Below are positions 11,803 through 23,965 of a DNA stretch of 64,000 nucleotides, one piece after another. A program made the position numbers and the translations under genes. Source of the stretch: an uncultured Nitrososphaerota archaeon (lineage in GTDB: Archaea > Thermoproteota > Nitrososphaeria > Nitrososphaerales > Nitrosopumilaceae); assembly GCA_963824385.1 (NCBI GenBank), contig CAWGPD010000002.1, positions 1 to 64,000 on the forward strand, written 5' to 3'. Every line of letters begins with the position of its first letter. Position 1 is the first letter of the stretch. A model generated the notes under the pieces. The model worked only from the letters and a program-made list of their open reading frames with translations, ran no database searches and was not told the DNA's origin.

Positions 11803-12363
11803 TCATTTATTCTCATTAATCATATTATCAATTATAGGTACAGCATTTTTTAGTTCATGAATTCTTGTTGCTCGTTTATCCTCAAAGGACAAATTCCAAG
11901 GTTGCGAGTAAAGTATCACAGATTTTCCTTTTTCTAGCATACTTTTTGCATTAAGAGGAGAATCATCAATAAATATATCATAATCTAGTTTTGATTTTTC
12001 AACTCCTTCTGTAACACCAACATAATTGTTAAAATTAATTTTATGAAATTTGAGCCAATTTTTTACAGCATTATGTGTAGATTCATCTCTTGCAGTAACG
12101 ATATCAACAGTACCAATGTCTGATAGTTGTTTTGAGGCAGATGCAATATTATTTTCTGTAGGAGGAATATGTTCCCAGGATTTCCAGCAAATTGAGAGTT
12201 CATTATAAAAATCAAATTTATCAATATCGTGATTTTTCCAAAAATCCCATTCAGATATCTGTGATTTGGAGATCATGGGTCTTATTTTATTATTATAGGA
12301 CAACCAAGATTCTATTACATCTGCCAATACTCCATCTACATCAAGGGCTATTTTCAATGTCAT
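11803..12363 (-). CDS. HAD-family 5'(3')-deoxyribonucleotidase-like protein
   Basis: [19 protein letters not shown] motifs. Confidence 0.8.
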   Translation of the reverse strand: MTLKIALDVDGVLADVIESWLSYNNKIRPMISKSQISEWDFWKNHDIDKFDFYNELSICWKSWEHIPPTENNIASASKQLSDIGTVDIVTARDESTHNAVKNWLKFHKINFNNYVGVTEGVEKSKLDYDIFIDDSPLNAKSMLEKGKSVILYSQPWNLSFEDKRATRIHELKNAVPIIDNMINENK

Positions 12364-13472
12364 TTACTCCTGTCAAAACTGTCTCGTAGTTCTTCTAGTA
12401 TCTTACGTTGGTGTTTGTCTATCTTAGTTGGTATATCGATAACAAGTCTAACATACTCATCACCTCTACCTCTTCCACTTGGACGAGGAAGTCCTTTTCC
12501 TTTGAGTTTAATTATTGTATTTGGCTGGCTACCTGATTCTACATCAAGTTTTTCTATGCCTTCTAGTGTTTCTGCCATAATGGTTTTTCCCAATGCTGCA
12601 TCAATCATGGATATATGTGCATCATAGAAAATATCAGCACCATCTCTTTTGAATTTGTCATGAGGTTTTACCCTTATTCTGACTATGAGATCACCACTCG
12701 CACCATTTAGAATTGATTCTCCCTCACCTTGGATTCTATATTCTCCATCTTCAACTCCAGGGGGAATTTCAAATGGGAATTTCCTTGTTGCCTTTTGTTT
12801 ACCCATTCCCTTACATTTTGAGCATGGTCTTTCTATAATTTTACCTTGGCCTCTACAGGTATTGCATGGTTGTACAGTTACAAACGTAGAAAATCCACTA
12901 CTGCGTGATGTTCTAGTTTGACCATGACCATTACACACAGTACATGTTCTCATAGAGGTTCCAGGAGAACAACCAGACCCGTTACAGGTATCACAATTTA
13001 TCAATCTGGGTAGATCAATTTCTTCATGTTTACCCTTGAGAGATTCTTCTAGTGTTAATTCTGTTTCATACATTAGATCAGAGCCTCTAGCTCGCCCAGA
13101 TCCTCCAAAATCAAATCCTCCAAATCTAAATCCTCCACCTCTACCAAAAATAGATTCAAAAATAGTGTCAAAACCGCCAGCTCCACCAAAGATATCATCA
13201 AAGTTGGCTTTTGAGCCTTGGAAGATGTCATCAGTACTATATTTCCCATCAACGCCTGCATGTCCATAAGTATCATAGAGTTTACGTTTTTCTTGATCAG
13301 ATAATACTGCATATGCTTCTGAAATTTCTTTGAAATGTTCTGTTGCATCAGAAGACTTGTTTTTATCAGGATGAAATTTTAAAGCAAGTTTTCTATATTG
13401 TGATTTTATTTCATCAGGAGTTGAGCTTTTTGATACTCCCAAAACCTCATAATAATCACGTTTAGCGCTCAT
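12360..13472 (-). CDS. dnaJ: Chaperone DnaJ
   Basis: J-domain HPD, G/F region, four CxxCxGxG. Confidence 0.97.
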   Translation of the reverse strand: MSAKRDYYEVLGVSKSSTPDEIKSQYRKLALKFHPDKNKSSDATEHFKEISEAYAVLSDQEKRKLYDTYGHAGVDGKYSTDDIFQGSKANFDDIFGGAGGFDTIFESIFGRGGGFRFGGFDFGGSGRARGSDLMYETELTLEESLKGKHEEIDLPRLINCDTCNGSGCSPGTSMRTCTVCNGHGQTRTSRSSGFSTFVTVQPCNTCRGQGKIIERPCSKCKGMGKQKATRKFPFEIPPGVEDGEYRIQGEGESILNGASGDLIVRIRVKPHDKFKRDGADIFYDAHISMIDAALGKTIMAETLEGIEKLDVESGSQPNTIIKLKGKGLPRPSGRGRGDEYVRLVIDIPTKIDKHQRKILEELRDSFDRSK

Positions 13473-13506
13473 AATAATTCAACTAGATCATTCCCTTGTA
13501 TAAAGA

Positions 13507-15356
13507 TCAGTTTGGCGATTTACCTGCATCCTGTCCGGTTTCACCAGGTCCACTTTGTGTAGTTGCTTCTGGTCCACTTTGTCCCGCTGCTCCAGGTGGA
13601 GGTGTAGCATTTTTGTAAAGTTCTGTACTGATATCATTTATTATTTTTGTTAATGCATCAAGTTTTGGTTTTATCTCTTCAACACTTTTTTCAAGAACAT
13701 CTTTTAGATCTTTTATTGCATTACTTACTTGAACACCCTGTTCTTGTGATATCTTGTCTTTCTGTTGACTGATCAAACTTTCAGCTGCATAGATAGATTG
13801 TTGAGCTTCATTTTTGATTAATACTTCCTCCTTTTTCTTTTTGTCTTGCTCTGCAAAAAGTTCAGCATCTTTTGTCATCTTTTCAATATCCCCTTTGGCA
13901 AGTTTTGTACTTGCAGAAATAGTTATTTTTGCCTCTTTTTGTGTTGCTAGATCTTTTGCTGCAACATTGAGTATACCGTTTGCATCTATGTCAAATTTGA
14001 CTTCGATCTGCGGAATTCCTCGTGGTGCAGGAAGAATTCCTGAGAGGTTAAAGCTTCCAAGCGATACATTGTCTGCAGCCATTGGTCTTTCTCCTTGTAC
14101 AACATGAATAGTTACTGCAGTTTGATTATCTGCAGCAGTTGTGAAGACCTTACTTTTAGAGGTGGGAATGGTTGTGTTTCTGTCAATTATGGGTTCTCGC
14201 AATCCTCCAAGTACTTCTAAACCAAGTGTAAGAGGAGTTACATCAAGAAGTACAATATCACTTGTAACTTCACCTGCAATAATTCCTGCTTGAACAGTCT
14301 GCACCTAGTGCAACTGCCTCCATTGGATCTATTCCTGCCTCAGCTTCTTTCCCCATTAAAGTGGCTACAAATTTTTTGACTAGAGGAATTCTAGTAGGAC
14401 CCCCAACTAAGATAATTTTACTAACATCTGCTGGAGAAAGTTTTGCGTCTTCCATTGCCTTTGTAACTGAAGGTCTACATCTTTCTACGATTGGATTTAT
14501 GAGTTCCTCAAACTTTGCTCTAGTTATTTTTAATTCAAGATTTTTTGGACCAGAAGATTGTTCATATGAAATAAACGGGAGATTAATATCGGTTTCAAAT
14601 ATAGAAGAAAGTTCAATCTTTGCTTTTTCTGCAGCTTCTCGCACTCTTACCATAGCTGCACCATCTTTAGTAATATCTATTCCAGATGTTTTTCTAAAGC
14701 TGTCAACAATATAATCAATCATAACTTTATCCATATCAGTTCCTCCAAGCTCGAGTATCTCCTGAAGTACTCATTACTTCAAAGACACCCCCACCCATTT
14801 CCATTATGGTTACATCAAGAGTACCTCCTCCTAAATCAAATACCATTATTTTCATGTCTTGTTTTAATTTGTCTAGACCAAATGCAAGTGCTGCAGCAGT
14901 AGGTTCATTTATTATTCTTACAACATCAAGACCTGCAATCTGACCAGCGTCTTTGGTTGCTTGCCTTTGGTTATCGTTAAAATATGCCGGTACTGTGATT
15001 ACTGCTTTTTCTACCTTCTCTCCAATAAATGCCTCAGCGTCTCTCTTTATTTTTTGTAGAATAAAAGCAGAAATTTGTTGAGGCTTGTACTCTTTATCAT
15101 AAATTTTAAAAAAGTGATCCGTTCCCATCTTTCTTTTTGCTGCCACAACAGTACCCTCTGGATTTGTTACTGCCTGTCTTCTGGCTGGCTCTCCAACTAT
15201 AAGTTGCCCATCTTTTGTTAGTCCTACAACGGATGGAAACGCCTTTCCTCCGACAGTAGTTCCCTCAGATGCTGGAATCAGGGTAGGTTTTCCACCCATC
15301 ATAACAGCCGCAGCGGAATTACTTGTTCCCAAATCAATACCAATAATTTTAGCCAT
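13507..15356 (-). CDS. dnaK: Chaperone DnaK (frameshifts at 14752 and 14298)
   Basis: [33 protein letters not shown] across three consecutive ORFs. Confidence 0.96.
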
Positions 15357-15371
15357 TTACATTTTCATCTC

Positions 15372-15929
15372 CTAGATATTTCTCTTCGATATTTCTACTA
15401 AACTTGGTCTAATAACTCTGTCCTTCAAAATATATCCTTTACGAAATTCTGTAATAATGGTATTATTGTCTAATGTTAAATCTTCCTTAACAGATATAGC
15501 CTCATGTAATTTTGGGTCAAAAATCTTACCAACTGCTTCAATGGGTTTTACATCAAATTCTACTAGCAATGCAACCATATTTTTTAAAACTGCATGTAAA
15601 CCTTCAGTATCTATATCTTGTTTTGACAACGCATCTTTTGCACGAACAAAATCATCACATATTCCAAGAAATTTGAGAATAATTCCATCAGTAATTGAAT
15701 TTACACGATTTTGAACATCAACTTCTGATCTTTTCTTCAGATTTTCAAAATCAGCAAGTAGATATTGAATTTTTTTTTCATATGAAGATACTTTTTCTTT
15801 TTCCTTCTCCAATTGAATTTTCATGACATCCACAAGTTCTTGCTTAGATTCCATCTCGTTATCTAGATCATTATGGAGTTCTTGATTTTCTTCTATTTCA
15901 TTTTGAGGTATATCATTTGTGTCAGACAA
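15372..15929 (-). CDS. grpE: Nucleotide exchange factor GrpE
   Basis: ADFENLKKR, FDPKLHEA, KGY..RVIRPSLV. Confidence 0.95.
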   Translation of the reverse strand: MSDTNDIPQNEIEENQELHNDLDNEMESKQELVDVMKIQLEKEKEKVSSYEKKIQYLLADFENLKKRSEVDVQNRVNSITDGIILKFLGICDDFVRAKDALSKQDIDTEGLHAVLKNMVALLVEFDVKPIEAVGKIFDPKLHEAISVKEDLTLDNNTIITEFRKGYILKDRVIRPSLVEISKRNI

Positions 15930-15961
15930 TTTGAATATTATTTTTTAATACATTACCCTTA

Positions 15962-17104
15962 TTATAATATCTCACAAAGAGGATTTGTCTTAATTACTAT
16001 CACATCAGAGTCTTTTCCATTTTTCGATATTTTATCATAATCAAATTTTGAACATGCAACAATAATAGTTGTCTTGTCACTATGGAAAATATCTAATTCA
16101 GGTCCTTGATGTATTTCGACATCACCTATATAATCACGCAGTTTTGTAACAAGAGAATTTAACATATCTACTTTATCTCCACGCATTTCATAGGAATCTT
16201 GAGTCCATACTAAAACTACTTTTGTTCTACTTGCTTTTAGTTCATTTTTCTTCAAAGTAGAACGAATCTCATCAATCAACCTCTTGACATAACCCTCTAT
16301 TCCCTTTATACTTCCATTTACCAAATACATCATCGTACCAGCCCCCTCAACAGATGTCCCAAGTGATCTTAAATCATACAGTCCATTAGTCATATCATCA
16401 AGAAAGAGATTGTTATATTCAGTCAAAACTAAATCTTTTCTTGTTTGATCATCTTGTGCAAACTTGGAAACTTCTAGAACACTTGATAGGCTTGCAAATT
16501 GAGTTAGAATTTTAATTGCGTGCAATATTTCTGCAGAAGATATAGATACAAATTTTTTTCCTTTCTTGTCAGACTCTAATAATTTGGCAAGTTTATCATC
16601 ATCTTTTGCATTAAATGAACCAATGATTTCCGGAAAATTATTTTTTGAAAGAGGATAATAAAAATAAGATATTCCTTTCCCCATCTCAAGACCTGAGACA
16701 TGTTCAAGAAGAGAAATAGTTTCATTATTTCCTCCTATTCCAGTTGGAAGATTGTAAATTACTGAACCACCTTTTTTTATTGACGATGTAGCGTCTTTGA
16801 ATTTTGAATGAATTTCCATCTTTGCTTCTTGACCCGTCTTTCTTATGCGAGGAGCAAAGAAAAGATATTCAGCGTGAGATATTGCAACATCTATTGGTTC
16901 AACACCTAAGAGGGGTTCGTCTTCTTTTAATGATGTCACATTAGGATAGGTCTTTGCAATCTCTGCTTTAAGAGAAATTGCCATATGAGCAGATTCATCA
17001 ACTATAAAGACATCAGCCCCTTTGATTGCCATTTGACATGCAATCGAATATCCTTCTGTACTTAAGCCATAAACAACAATTTTTGTCGCAACCAATTCAT
17101 CCAC
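15962..17104 (-). CDS. Degenerate nucleotide-sugar dehydrogenase-like protein
   Basis: Rossmann-like start KIVVYGLSTEG and UDP-glucose dehydrogenase-like layout; no catalytic Cys motif visible. Confidence 0.5.
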   Translation of the reverse strand: MDELVATKIVVYGLSTEGYSIACQMAIKGADVFIVDESAHMAISLKAEIAKTYPNVTSLKEDEPLLGVEPIDVAISHAEYLFFAPRIRKTGQEAKMEIHSKFKDATSSIKKGGSVIYNLPTGIGGNNETISLLEHVSGLEMGKGISYFYYPLSKNNFPEIIGSFNAKDDDKLAKLLESDKKGKKFVSISSAEILHAIKILTQFASLSSVLEVSKFAQDDQTRKDLVLTEYNNLFLDDMTNGLYDLRSLGTSVEGAGTMMYLVNGSIKGIEGYVKRLIDEIRSTLKKNELKASRTKVVLVWTQDSYEMRGDKVDMLNSLVTKLRDYIGDVEIHQGPELDIFHSDKTTIIVACSKFDYDKISKNGKDSDVIVIKTNPLCEIL

Positions 17105-17160
17105 ACTAGGAGTATGGGCTAAGAAAAACTTTTTCCACCCTTAGATTATATCAAAAATGT

Positions 17161-18184
17161 TTGAAAATTTGGTTTGATATTCTGACGCCTAAACAGTCTA
17201 CTTTTCTTTGCCCCGATGGTAAGTAAAATGAGTAAAAATCACAAAATACTCTGTACTTCAAGAAATTATCGTGAAGTTGTCGAGTTAGCCAAAATAAAGA
17301 ACATAAATCTTAGATTAATTGGAAAACATGGTGGTTCTACCAAAGAAGGTAAACTTCATTCAAGCATACAGAGAATGAATCATCTCTTAGATGAGATAGT
17401 AAAGTTTTCTCCTGATTTGACCATTAGTTTTTGCTCCCCAGAAGCTGCAAGAATTTCCTATGGAATAGGAATCAAGCATGTTGCATTTTCAGATTCCCCT
17501 CACGCAGAGGCCGTAATGAGACTCTCAGTTCCATTAATACAGAAACTTCTCATTCCTTGGGTGATACCCAAAAATGAATTTGTAAAATACGGAATTTCAA
17601 AAAAAGACATTATTCATTACAGAGCCATTGATGCCGCTATAATAGTAAAGGAAAAATCAAGAATTGAAAATGTAAATATTGATCAAACTAAAAAGACGAT
17701 TGTTATTAGACCTGAAGAATCAGAAGCTGCATATATTTTAGGAAAGACAGAAAGTGATAACATAATTTATGAGATAAGTAAAGAGTCTAAGCCTCATAAT
17801 ATCATAGTTTTAGCAAGATACATTTCACAAAAAAATAGACTCAAAAAGAAATTTGGAAATAAGGTAATTATAATGGATAAAGTTGTAGATGGTAAATCTC
17901 TTCTAAGTATAACAGATCTTTTCATTGGCTCTGGTGGCACTATGACTGCAGAATCTGCCCTGATGGGAGTTCCAACCATATCGTATGATGCCGCACCAAA
18001 TATTATTGAGAAATATTTAGTTCGCATAGGATTAGTAAAAAGAGAAAGAAATCCAAAGAAGATTTCCATACTAGTCAAAAAAATGTTGGAAGATAAAAAA
18101 ACAAATAGAGAAAAGGCAAAAATAGTTTTGGCTTCAATGGAAGATCCTTACTTGAAATTAGTTCAAGTCATAAAGACGGTATAG
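17161..18184 (+). CDS. DUF354 family GT-B glycosyltransferase-like protein (frameshift at 17197)
   Basis: Repaired N-terminus MKIWFDILTPKQ; GKHGG; GSGGTMTAESALMGVPTIS. Confidence 0.85.
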
Positions 18185-18198
18185 ATTTCAGAAAAATT

Positions 18199-19519
18199 TT
18201 ACGGTGTGTTTACTAATTTTTTATACAGCATAATAGCTGAATCTTCATCTTTTTCACCTACAATAACAGCTGATCCGCGTTTCAAGAAACTCACATAGAT
18301 ATCATTTGAAGAAATCGATAATCCAAGTTCACCTTGATTTTGTACTTTGAAGCCTTTCTCTGATGCAATATTAGTTATTTTTGGAACGTCAATCTCAATC
18401 ATCTTTGTTGGAGTAATAGAGAAAGTACGTTTTCCCCTGTTACGCCCACATAGTTCTTCAACAATGAGTTCCTGTATTGGTAATTCTTCATGTTTACCCG
18501 AACCACATTCTGGACATTCATCTACTTTATTGAAAACAGTAGTATTGAAATCCAGATTATCAAGATCAATGTAGAGTAATTTATTTGCCAATGTTGGAGT
18601 TCTACCTATCATAATTTTGACTGCCTCTGCAACCTCAATTCCTCCAACGATAGAAAGTATTGATGGGTGAACTCCCTCTGTACTACATGTAGGCATGGAA
18701 TTTTCATCCAGGGATGGAAATATACAATGATAGCATGCAGTTTGATGTGGCAAGATAGTAAATACCTGACCAGAAACTCCTACTGCAGCTCCTGTTACAA
18801 ATGGAATATTTTTTTTGATACAGGCTTTGTTAAGAGAATATCTTGCATTAACACTATCAAGTGCATCAATTACAACATCACATCCTTCTACTACATCTAA
18901 TGCAGTATAGTCATTTACAGAAACAGGTAGTGCCTCAATTATGGTATCTGGATTCATTTTTTTTAGTTTCTTTGCGGCTACCTCAACTTTGACCTGTCCA
19001 ATATCAGATTCATCAAACATTGTTTGCCTGTGCAGATTGGATAACTCTATCACATCTCTATCAACAATTCGTATTGTTCCTATTCCCATAGCAACCAGTC
19101 GTGTTACTATGGGATTACCAAGGCCACCCACTCCAACAACACATGCTTTTGCTTTTTTTAGTTTGAGTTGACCTTCATAGCCAATTTCTTCTAGCATTAC
19201 TTGTCTAGAATATTTTTCTAGATCTCTACTTGATAGTTCAGAGCCTCCTGCTACTGCAGGTAACACGTAAATCTCATCTCCATCTTTTAGTGATGTTTCC
19301 ATACCTCCTGAAAATCGCATATTTTTTCCGTTGATGTATATGTTGATAAGTGATCTAGGAGAACCATCTGGATTAAGAACTCGTCTTTTGAAATCATCTC
19401 CTAGTTGTTCTGAGATTTTAGCAAAGGCTTCCAAAAGAGTAGAAGCTTATCAAGTCCACTTTCTTTTCTCCTCCCCCTTTGTTTAATACGGAAGGAATTG
19501 TAAATTTGATATTTGCCAT
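18199..19519 (-). CDS. Fusion of MoaD/SAMP ubiquitin-like domain and ThiF/MoeB (E1-like) adenylyltransferase (frameshift near 19448)
   Basis: MANIKFTIPSVL...LKDGDEIYVLPAVAGG then KYSRQ, GVGGLG, SNLHRQ, CYHC, CPEC. Confidence 0.9.
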
Positions 19520-20737
19520 CTATCTCACCAATGCCGAAATTTTACCAACATCAGCCTGCATTACTTGAGGCTTTGGAAGTACTTCCATCATGACTTCTGT
19601 TGTTTTTAATCCATTACCAGTAACATAACATACAGTACAATCATTCTTGTCAATTTTTCCTTCATCAACCATTTTTTTCAATACTGCTACAGAGACACCA
19701 CCTGCTGGCTCTGTAAATATTCCCTCAGTTCTAGCCAGTAATAGTATAGCATCCAAGATCTCCTTGTTATTTGATTCCTCGGCAAAACCATTGTATTGTT
19801 TTAGTCGTCTCAATACATACTGTCCATCACCTGGATCACCTATTGCTAAACTTTTTGCTATGGTATCAGGAATTTCTACTGGGGTTACTTGTGAAAGTTT
19901 TTTCTTGAAAGCATCAACAATTGGTGCACAACCATGTGGTTGAGCTGCAATCATATGCATATTGGATACTTGATTGATTAATGAAATACTTTCTAGTTCT
20001 TCAAAGCCTTTACAAATAGCATTTAGCATGGCTCCGCTACCAACTGGCACAATAAGTTGATCAGGTACTTTCCAGTCAAGTTGTTCTGCTACTTCATAAG
20101 CTAATGTCTTAGATCCTTCTACATAATACGAACGCATGTTTATGTTTACTATTCCTATGCCTTTGCTGTCACCTATTTGAGCAGCAATTCGATTTGCGTC
20201 ATCATATGTTCCATCAACAGATATGAAATTAGCACCATAGGAAAGGGCTTGGGTTATCTTTGCATGCTCAATATCACTAGGTGCAAATATGTAACAAGGA
20301 AAATCACCTTTTGCTGCATGTGCTGCTGTAGCTGATGCAAGATTTCCTGTAGATGCACAACCTACTGCAGAAAGACCAAATTCTTTTGCTTTTGATACGG
20401 CTACTCCTGCAGGCCTGTCTTTAAATGAAAACGTAGGATTTACTGAATCATTTTTTACGTAAAGATTATTCAGACCAAGTGATTTACCCAATTTTTCTGC
20501 CTTAATTAATGGGGTCATTCCAGCACCAATACTTACTATATTGAATTTTGATTCAATCGGTAAAAGTTCATGATATCTCCAATAGGTATGTTCGCGATTT
20601 GAAAAAGTGTTTTTATTTACAGATGGAAAATCATAGTATACGTCTAGAGGACCAAAGCATTCCTCACAAATGTACTTGAATGTAGGAGCATATTCCTTCT
20701 TACATTCTCTACATTGTAGAAATTTTATTTTTCCCAA
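19520..20737 (-). CDS. Threonine synthase-like PLP enzyme with N-terminal Zn ribbon
   Basis: CREC/CEEC, NPTFSFKDR, ASTGN, VPVGSG, TGNGLK; stop abuts the Ubl-E1 start. Confidence 0.88.
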   Translation of the reverse strand: MGKIKFLQCRECKKEYAPTFKYICEECFGPLDVYYDFPSVNKNTFSNREHTYWRYHELLPIESKFNIVSIGAGMTPLIKAEKLGKSLGLNNLYVKNDSVNPTFSFKDRPAGVAVSKAKEFGLSAVGCASTGNLASATAAHAAKGDFPCYIFAPSDIEHAKITQALSYGANFISVDGTYDDANRIAAQIGDSKGIGIVNINMRSYYVEGSKTLAYEVAEQLDWKVPDQLIVPVGSGAMLNAICKGFEELESISLINQVSNMHMIAAQPHGCAPIVDAFKKKLSQVTPVEIPDTIAKSLAIGDPGDGQYVLRRLKQYNGFAEESNNKEILDAILLLARTEGIFTEPAGGVSVAVLKKMVDEGKIDKNDCTVCYVTGNGLKTTEVMMEVLPKPQVMQADVGKISALVR

Positions 20738-20784
20738 GACAATTCTACTTTATAAAATACTACATAAAAAATCCTAATATTAAT

Positions 20785-20831
20785 TTAAGTGACACTTAAT
20801 TTACAGAATGCCAAGATTAAGTGAAAATTAA
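20785..20831. promoter_or_regulatory. Palindromic operator-like sites upstream of the thrC-like operon
   Basis: Perfect TTAAGTG-A-CACTTAA at 20785-20799; degenerate copy TTAAGTG-A-AAATTAA at 20817-20831. Confidence 0.5.
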
Positions 20832-20970
20832 TACAAAATTATGTGTAATTCTAAAAAAGATCCAATAATGAAAGAGACCATAACTTGAATATTCCATAAA
20901 TTAAGAGATTTTATGAATTTTTTACAAGTAGAAGAAATATTAATGATATCCGTAGAATGTAACTCGAAAA

Positions 20971-21484
20971 TTGAAAATTAAAGAAAGATCAAAAAAGAAG
21001 AAACGTTTAGGAAAAGTTGGATTAATTACATTAATTGCACTAGCTGCAATAGTTGCAGCTATAGTTTATTCTTATTATCAGCAAAAGGAATCAGAGAGTC
21101 ACCAGTTTAATTGGGTTACTTCTGGACCATTTGCAATTAACAGTAATCAATACAAACTTGGAGATCATATTTTCATGGTTGTAACCGGCTTAAAGCCAAC
21201 TGATGTAGGAGAAGCTGATTTTGTGGATCCAAAGGGAGATGCATATACCTCAATACTATTTAATGGAACATTGAAATCTAGCTTTAATCAGTTTTTTCAA
21301 CCTAATACGGAAAGAAAACTTGGAATATGTAATGCTACAGTCTCTTGTTGGGCATTGGTACGTATCATTCAAAGGTGTACCTTACAAATCAATACCATTT
21401 GAAATTATAAATGAATATCTTCCAGGATATTCAAATAAATCTGCGGGTTTGGATACTATACCTAAAGGACTTGATCCGTGTTAA
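20971..21484 (+). CDS. Membrane-anchored hypothetical protein (frameshift at 21341)
   Basis: Basic N-terminus, one TM helix, beta-rich domain; frame restored by removing T21341. Confidence 0.7.
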
Positions 21485-21488
21485 AGAA

Positions 21489-21818
21489 TTATTTTTCTAA
21501 AACATTGTGAAAACAAACTTTTTCTCCAGTATGACATGCAGGTCCACTTGGTTCTACTAGATAGATAATTGCATCAGAGTCACAGTCTACCAAAATTTCC
21601 TTGACTTTTTGTATATTCCCTGATTCTTCTCCTTTCATCCACAACTTGTTTCTTGATCTGCTCCAGAACCATGAGTTACCAGTCTTTTGAGTAAGCCCAA
21701 GGGATTCCTTATTTGCATATGCAAGTGTTAAAACTTCTCTAGATTGCACATCCTGGACAATTACTGGTACAAGACCGCCACTTTTTGCAAAATCAATATC
21801 ATTTATTTTTTTATTCAT
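21489..21818 (-). CDS. hisI: Phosphoribosyl-AMP cyclohydrolase
   Basis: [26 protein letters not shown]. Confidence 0.95.
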   Translation of the reverse strand: MNKKINDIDFAKSGGLVPVIVQDVQSREVLTLAYANKESLGLTQKTGNSWFWSRSRNKLWMKGEESGNIQKVKEILVDCDSDAIIYLVEPSGPACHTGEKVCFHNVLEK

Positions 21819-21851
21819 AATAACACTCTCACTTGGCGCCCTATTTTTCTG

Positions 21852-22656
21852 TTATAGCCTAACAGGAACTCCGTTTTCCTTAAGATATTCTTTTACTCTA
21901 TCTACAGAGTGAGTCTTGTAATGAAATATTGATGCTGCCAATGCAGCATCTACATTAGTTTGCAAGAATACATCAAGCATATGTTTTGGTTTGCCACATC
22001 CCCCTGATGCAATAACAGGTATGTTTACTGCATTTACAATTTCTGTGATAAGTTGGATATCATATCCTTCCTTTGTGCCATCCATGTCTATACTAGTTAG
22101 CAGAATTTCACCTGCTCCACGTCTCTCAACTTCTTTTGCCCACTCTATTGCATCTAAATTCGTAGGAGTTTTACCACCATAAATGTAGACTTCAAACCAA
22201 AACTTTTTGGAATCAGATGTAAAGATGTGTCTACCTTCCTTTATCTCATAATTACGTCTCACATCCATTGCAATAACGATACATTGTTTACCAAAAATCT
22301 CCATTAGTTTTGTAATTATCTCAGGATTTTTTACAGCACCCGTGTTAATAGCAACCTTGTCTGCACCACTAAGAAGAATGTCTCTTGCATCCTGTAAGGT
22401 CTTTACACCACCACCTACCGTAAATGGGATATCTATTACCTGAGCTACTTTTTTTACTAGACTCTTGATTGTTTCTCGTTGTTGCTCAGAAGCTGTAATA
22501 TCAAGAAAAACTCAGCTCATCTGCTCCCTCTTGGCTATATTTTTCTGCAAGTAAAACAGGATCACCTGCATCTTTTATTGATGTAAAATGCATTCCCTTG
22601 ACTACTCTTCCTTTATCTACGTCAAGACAAGGAATTACTCTCTTGGTTAAAGTCAT
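21852..22656 (-). CDS. hisF: Imidazole glycerol phosphate synthase cyclase subunit (frameshift at 22513)
   Basis: KRVIPCLDV, repaired [29 protein letters not shown]. Confidence 0.95.
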
Positions 22657-23360
22657 GCTAGCGTCTTAACCTCCTCTATTGATATTTTTCCATCATATAA
22701 TGCCTTACCAAGAATCACACCATACGCACCACATTTTTTCACATTTATGATGTCCTGCAAGTTTGAGATTCCCCCACTTGCAATAATATTCACATTGCGT
22801 ATGTTACACGCTTTTTGTAAAGAATTAAGATCTGGACCATTTAGAGTTCCATCTCTTTCCACTGTAGTTATGAGAAATTGAGAATATCCAAGTCTTGTAA
22901 AATTTTCAATTCCTTCAATAAGTTGTATGCCTGTACTTTCTGTCCAACCACTTATCACAATCTTACCTTCCATCTGATCTGTAGATATGACAATTCTTTG
23001 TTTTCCAAATTTCTTTGAGATTTCTTCTAAGATTTCTATATTTTTAAAAGCAACAGTTCCAAGAACCACTTGGGATGAAAATTGTAATGCATTTTCTATT
23101 ATTTCCTTTGTACGGAGTCCTCCAGCTGATTCAACAGGTATAGACACAGACTCGGTGATTTTTTTTATTGTTTGTAGATTTGAGCCTGTTCCAAGGGTGG
23201 CATTCAGATCTACCACATGAAGTAAATCTGCGCCTGCTTTCTCCCATTTTTTTGCCATCCCAATTGGGTCAGAACTATACACAGTTTTGTTATTTGGATC
23301 TCCTTTTACCAGACGTACTACTTTATCATCCATAATATCAATAGCAGGGATTATTTTCAC
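22653..23360 (-). CDS. hisA: ProFAR isomerase
   Basis: IIPAIDI, LHVVDL, ERDGTL, ASGG, GKALY. Confidence 0.95.
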   Translation of the reverse strand: MKIIPAIDIMDDKVVRLVKGDPNNKTVYSSDPIGMAKKWEKAGADLLHVVDLNATLGTGSNLQTIKKITESVSIPVESAGGLRTKEIIENALQFSSQVVLGTVAFKNIEILEEISKKFGKQRIVISTDQMEGKIVISGWTESTGIQLIEGIENFTRLGYSQFLITTVERDGTLNGPDLNSLQKACNIRNVNIIASGGISNLQDIINVKKCGAYGVILGKALYDGKISIEEVKTLA

Positions 23361-23965
23361 TTTTTACACACTCGTAAAAAGTTTTTAATCATAACAGAGC
23401 CAACTTTGCCTGACTTTTCAGGATGAAATTGGGTTCCAAACAATGTTTGATCTTCAATAACAGCTGGAACATTTATTCCATAATCAGAGTCTGCTTTGAT
23501 AATGTCTTCATTTTTGGGTTTCACTCTGTACGAGTGGACAAAGTAAACCCAAGAACCTTCCTTTACTCCCTCTAACAATATACTTGACTGTTTTATTTGA
23601 AGGTCATTCCATCCCATGTGTGGAATCTTGAATTTATTTGGAAGAATTATCACTTCACCTTCTAAAACTCCAAGTCCTTCTAATTTTCCTTCTTCACTTT
23701 TTTCAAAGAACATTTCCATTCCTAAGCATATGCCTAATACTGGAATCTGATTTCTTACTAGATCTTGAAATGCAATTTTTGAAGTATGAAGACTTTTTAT
23801 TGCAGGATCAAAATTTCCTACCCCAGGTAAAAGCAAGCCAGAGTAATTTTTTATTTTTTCCAGATTAGTTATTATATCTACTTCTGCTTCATTTTTCTCT
23901 AACGATGATTTAAGACTGAATATGTTTCCCGCTCCATAATCAAATATTGCAACCTTTACCATCAC
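23357..23965 (-). CDS. hisH: Imidazole glycerol phosphate synthase glutaminase subunit
   Basis: LPGVG, GICLG, PHMGWN, QFHPEKS. Confidence 0.95.
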   Translation of the reverse strand: MMVKVAIFDYGAGNIFSLKSSLEKNEAEVDIITNLEKIKNYSGLLLPGVGNFDPAIKSLHTSKIAFQDLVRNQIPVLGICLGMEMFFEKSEEGKLEGLGVLEGEVIILPNKFKIPHMGWNDLQIKQSSILLEGVKEGSWVYFVHSYRVKPKNEDIIKADSDYGINVPAVIEDQTLFGTQFHPEKSGKVGSVMIKNFLRVCKK

